From the IMG/VR virus record IMGVR_UViG_3300020159_001918, positions 8,201-72,200 of that record: a DNA stretch of 64,000 nucleotides; one strand, 5' to 3'. Origin of the DNA: a virus. Both the position numbers and the translations under genes were made by a program. The notes under the pieces are model-generated. The model saw nothing but the letters and a program-made list of their open reading frames with translations, had not been told where the DNA came from and made no database searches. Each line of letters starts with the position of its first letter. Within the stretch, counting starts at the first letter, position 1. Below are positions 61,982-64,000 of the stretch, piece after piece.

Positions 61982-62540
61982 ATGAAAGAGCTCAACATTG
62001 TCAAGCCGGAGGAATATTTTTTGGAAATTTCTCCATTAAAAAATCATCCAGATTTTAGTAAAATAAAAACCATTATACCAGATCACAATTCCATAGAGAC
62101 TACGAGCGTTAAAAGAGGTAACGCTTACCAGCATACAAAAACTGGGTTTAGGGAAGACCTAGGTTTAACATTGAGATCTAATTGGGAAGCAAATTTTGCA
62201 AGAATTTTAACAGCGTATAAAATCAAGTTTGATTTTGAACCAACTGTTTTTGCGTTTCCAATTAAAAAACGGAACTAAGGGATACACTCCTGATTTCTTC
62301 ATGCAGAAAGATTCTAGTTGGGTAGAACTCAAAGGCTATCTCGATGCAAAGAGTATGACAAAAATAAAAAGATTTAAAAGATATTACGAATCTGAATTTA
62401 ACAAACTCACATTTATTATAAGCAAGTATTCAACTGACGGTAAAAATTTCGCAGCTGAACTAGAAATACCAAGAGTAATCTTCTATGAAGATATTAGAAG
62501 TTTTTACTCTGATAAAATATCAATTTGGGAAGGTAAGTAA
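61982..62540 (+). CDS. T7 endonuclease I-like PD-(D/E)XK nuclease / Holliday-junction resolvase (~185 aa) requiring a +1 shift at CGG 62270
   Basis: After the shift the protein reads GTKGYTPDFFMQKDSSWVELKGY (the YTPDF...E.KG core as in T7 gp3). The upstream 96 codons supply the N-terminal part. Confidence 0.55.
62270..62273 (+). other. CGG +1 recoding site 9 (AAA CGG AAC -> AAA [C] GGA ACT)
   Basis: In-frame CGG (61982+288). The 0-frame TAA comes 2 codons later. Confidence 0.7.
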
Positions 62541-62542
62541 TC

Positions 62543-63390
62543 ATGGCAGCATATAAGGAACAGTATTATAATTTAGAAGAGGAGGAAATGCAAGCGCTTA
62601 TAGCCAAAGCTAAAGGCGGAGACGAAAGAGCTAAAAAAGAATTACTAAAAGTTTTTAATAATTTTCTTACAAAATATACAACACTATTATATTACGGTAA
62701 ATACAATCTCAATGACTACGACATAAGAAGGTTCACATCTTTATTTGTAAAGGATTCTTATGTAAGATTTGCTCTTATGAAAAATAAACTTAATCAACCT
62801 GGATACAAGCACGTAAATGAGGTGTTGCGACGGTATAGTATATATGGCAAAAAGATATGGGGAAGAAATAGATGTCAGACAAACCGTAGACATGACGTTC
62901 TTTCAATGTATAGGTAGGTATCAAAGAAAAGATTCCGAAAAAGGACCAATACCATTTAGCCGGGTTCTTGTATAGTTATTTTTTTTATCTTCTTAAAAAG
63001 AATGTTGATACATTCTTAATAGATCAATTAGGGAGAAAAAGTTTTCCTCTTTTAAGTGATGAATCAAGTGACGATGGAGAAGATGGAGCAAAGCAAGTTG
63101 GTTTTAAAGCTCCACCAGAAGAGAGAGAGATGGAAGAATTTCTTTCTACAGAAGACATTAATGAGTTTTGGGTACTTGGTGAAACATGCGCAGAACCGTT
63201 TATATTTCTTTCGGTACAGGAAAGGCAACTACTCAAGTGGCGCTACATAGATGATCTAAGATCTAGTGAGATAAGTAAAAAAATATCAGAACACCCTAAT
63301 ACGGTAAGAGAACATTTAGGTAAAATAAGGGCAAAGGTAACCAATCTTGTGATAGAATCTAAGATGCGAGATGAAATCAACTTCAGATAG
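62543..63390 (+). CDS. Sigma-70-family RNA polymerase sigma factor (~281 aa) requiring two +1 shifts (CGG 62831 and CGG 62961)
   Basis: Segment 1: LIAKAKGGDERAKKELLKVFNNFLTKY. Segment 2 (62832-62960, a frame not listed in the ORF track): GIVYMAKRYGEEIDVRQTVDMTFFQCIGRYQRKDSEKGPIPFS. Segment 3: GFLYSYFFYLLKKNV... (region 2-like) and LSVQERQLLKWRYIDDLRSSEISKKISEHPNTVREHLGKIRAKV (region 4.2 HTH). Confidence 0.7.
62831..62834 (+). other. CGG +1 recoding site 10 (CGA CGG TAT -> CGA [C] GGT ATA)
   Basis: In-frame CGG (62543+288). Only the +1 frame encodes the sigma region-2-like sequence. Confidence 0.7.
62961..62964 (+). other. CGG +1 recoding site 11 (AGC CGG GTT -> AGC [C] GGG TTC)
   Basis: In frame with segment 2 (62832+129). 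That frame stops 4 codons later. The +1 frame is the track ORF 62968..63390, which is open from 62914. Confidence 0.7.
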
Positions 63391-63397
63391 GTAGACA

Positions 63398-63913
63398 ATG
63401 AACCTTCAGTCTTTACAGAAAATGAACGAATTGTTAAAAGATTTTATAGGTCCTCAGATAGAGGAGATTATTTCAGCATATACTACAGATAGCACCAATT
63501 CTTTATATTTCGTATCTATACCAGATGTAGATACGCTAGATTTAGGGATCCATGAAATGGCTTCATTGGTTGCAAGAACTTCAAATGTTTATGGAAGAGT
63601 AGCACGATTAGCTGGCATGGCTAGAGCTCAGTATAAATTAATAGAAGGAAGTTATAAGAAGGTTTATAAGGCAAATAGAGTTGGAAAGAATGAGGCTGAG
63701 CGTGAGGCAAACGCTTTAGAGGCCGCAGAGAGCGAATACACTGCCTTGATAACAGCAGAGGCCATAGTAAACTTAGCTGAGTCTATGGAGCTTGCAGCTA
63801 GGATAGCATCCGAATCTTCTAGGAAGTTAATTGATAAGATACAATCTATGCAGGTAGCTTCTGTCAGGGAAGAAAAAGGATATTTTAATGATAAAGATTT
63901 TAACACCTACTAA
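63398..63913 (+). CDS. Hypothetical protein, 171 aa (helical / coiled-coil-like)
   Basis: Clean ORF. No family recognised. Confidence 0.5.
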   Translation: MNLQSLQKMNELLKDFIGPQIEEIISAYTTDSTNSLYFVSIPDVDTLDLGIHEMASLVARTSNVYGRVARLAGMARAQYKLIEGSYKKVYKANRVGKNEAEREANALEAAESEYTALITAEAIVNLAESMELAARIASESSRKLIDKIQSMQVASVREEKGYFNDKDFNTY

Positions 63914-64000
63914 AAGTTTGAGGAATCACTTTGTACATAGCTCATTATAAATCAGTTAATTCAGCCACTGAATTTTATTCAAAAGTTAGAGACACCTTAG

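Noticed and set aside
1391-62964. Interpreting the split ORFs as pseudogenes or random sequencing/assembly indels
   Set aside because: All breaks are +1, all occur at an in-frame CGG, and all land on a Gly codon. No other kind of frame break is present. The affected genes include apparently essential ones (sigma factor, nucleases, major virion proteins) whose domains continue across the junction. Random indels would not show this regularity. Read-level confirmation is still needed.
1380-62970. Classical slippery-site frameshifting (-1 X XXY YYZ heptamers as in tail-chaperone G/GT, or prfB-like CUU UGA C with an upstream SD)
   Set aside because: No heptanucleotide slippery motif or conserved SD-like element is present at any junction. 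The codons preceding CGG are unrelated and cannot re-pair in the +1 frame.
241-63906. About 40 minus-strand and alternative-frame plus-strand ORFs of 60-142 aa in the supplied track (for example 241..483, 3494..3922, 10176..10502, 18572..18880, 33104..33496, 43920..44126, 45261..45488, 56499..56810, 63056..63250)
   Set aside because: All lie entirely inside, or antisense to, long well-supported genes. They have low-complexity or odd compositions and no RBS. They are the expected shadow ORFs of AT-rich coding DNA.
63958-63980. Weak hairpin AATTCAG-cca-CTGAATT followed by a T-rich run after the last gene, as a terminator
   Set aside because: The stem is only 7 bp and AT-rich in AT-rich DNA, so it could arise by chance. 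It is too weak to call without transcript data.
1-64000. Alternative genetic code (TGA=Trp code 4, or stop-codon reassignment) as the cause of the fragmented ORFs
   Set aside because: Very long ORFs are intact under the standard code. Trp is encoded by TGG throughout. TGA, TAA and TAG all appear as genuine gene ends with downstream RBS/start signals.

Overview
This window is an AT-rich fragment of a tailed dsDNA phage genome, coded almost entirely on the plus strand. I saw no rRNA, tRNA, CRISPR array or transposon. The left ~43 kb is a virion, tail and baseplate module. It holds several very large proteins (3802, 1911, ~1592 and >=1379 aa), a three-domain virion peptidoglycan hydrolase, gpV-, gp25/gpW- and gpJ-like baseplate genes, a small r1t-type holin-like gene, and a strong terminator at 42915-42950. 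The right ~21 kb is a nucleotide-metabolism, replication and regulation module. It encodes a class II-like RNR, a ThyX-like protein, dCMP deaminase, two GT2 glycosyltransferases, an SNase, a deoxyribosyltransferase-like protein, a DnaB-like helicase, an AEP primase, a DnaE-type polymerase, two Cas4-like nucleases, a T7 endonuclease-I-like protein and a sigma-70-family factor. The main finding is that all 11 in-frame CGG codons I could find by eye sit where the reading frame has to move +1 (skip the C, read GGN = Gly). At one of them, two codons before the DnaE stop, the shift is possible but not required. Every split gene in the ORF track is split at such a CGG. The long unbroken ORFs contain no in-frame CGG, although out-of-frame cgg is common. 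This looks like a genome-wide, CGG-specific +1 recoding system (hungry-codon frameshift or quadruplet decoding), not a set of pseudogenes. All counts were made by eye and need a scripted check. Functional calls rest on motifs I recognise, not on database searches.
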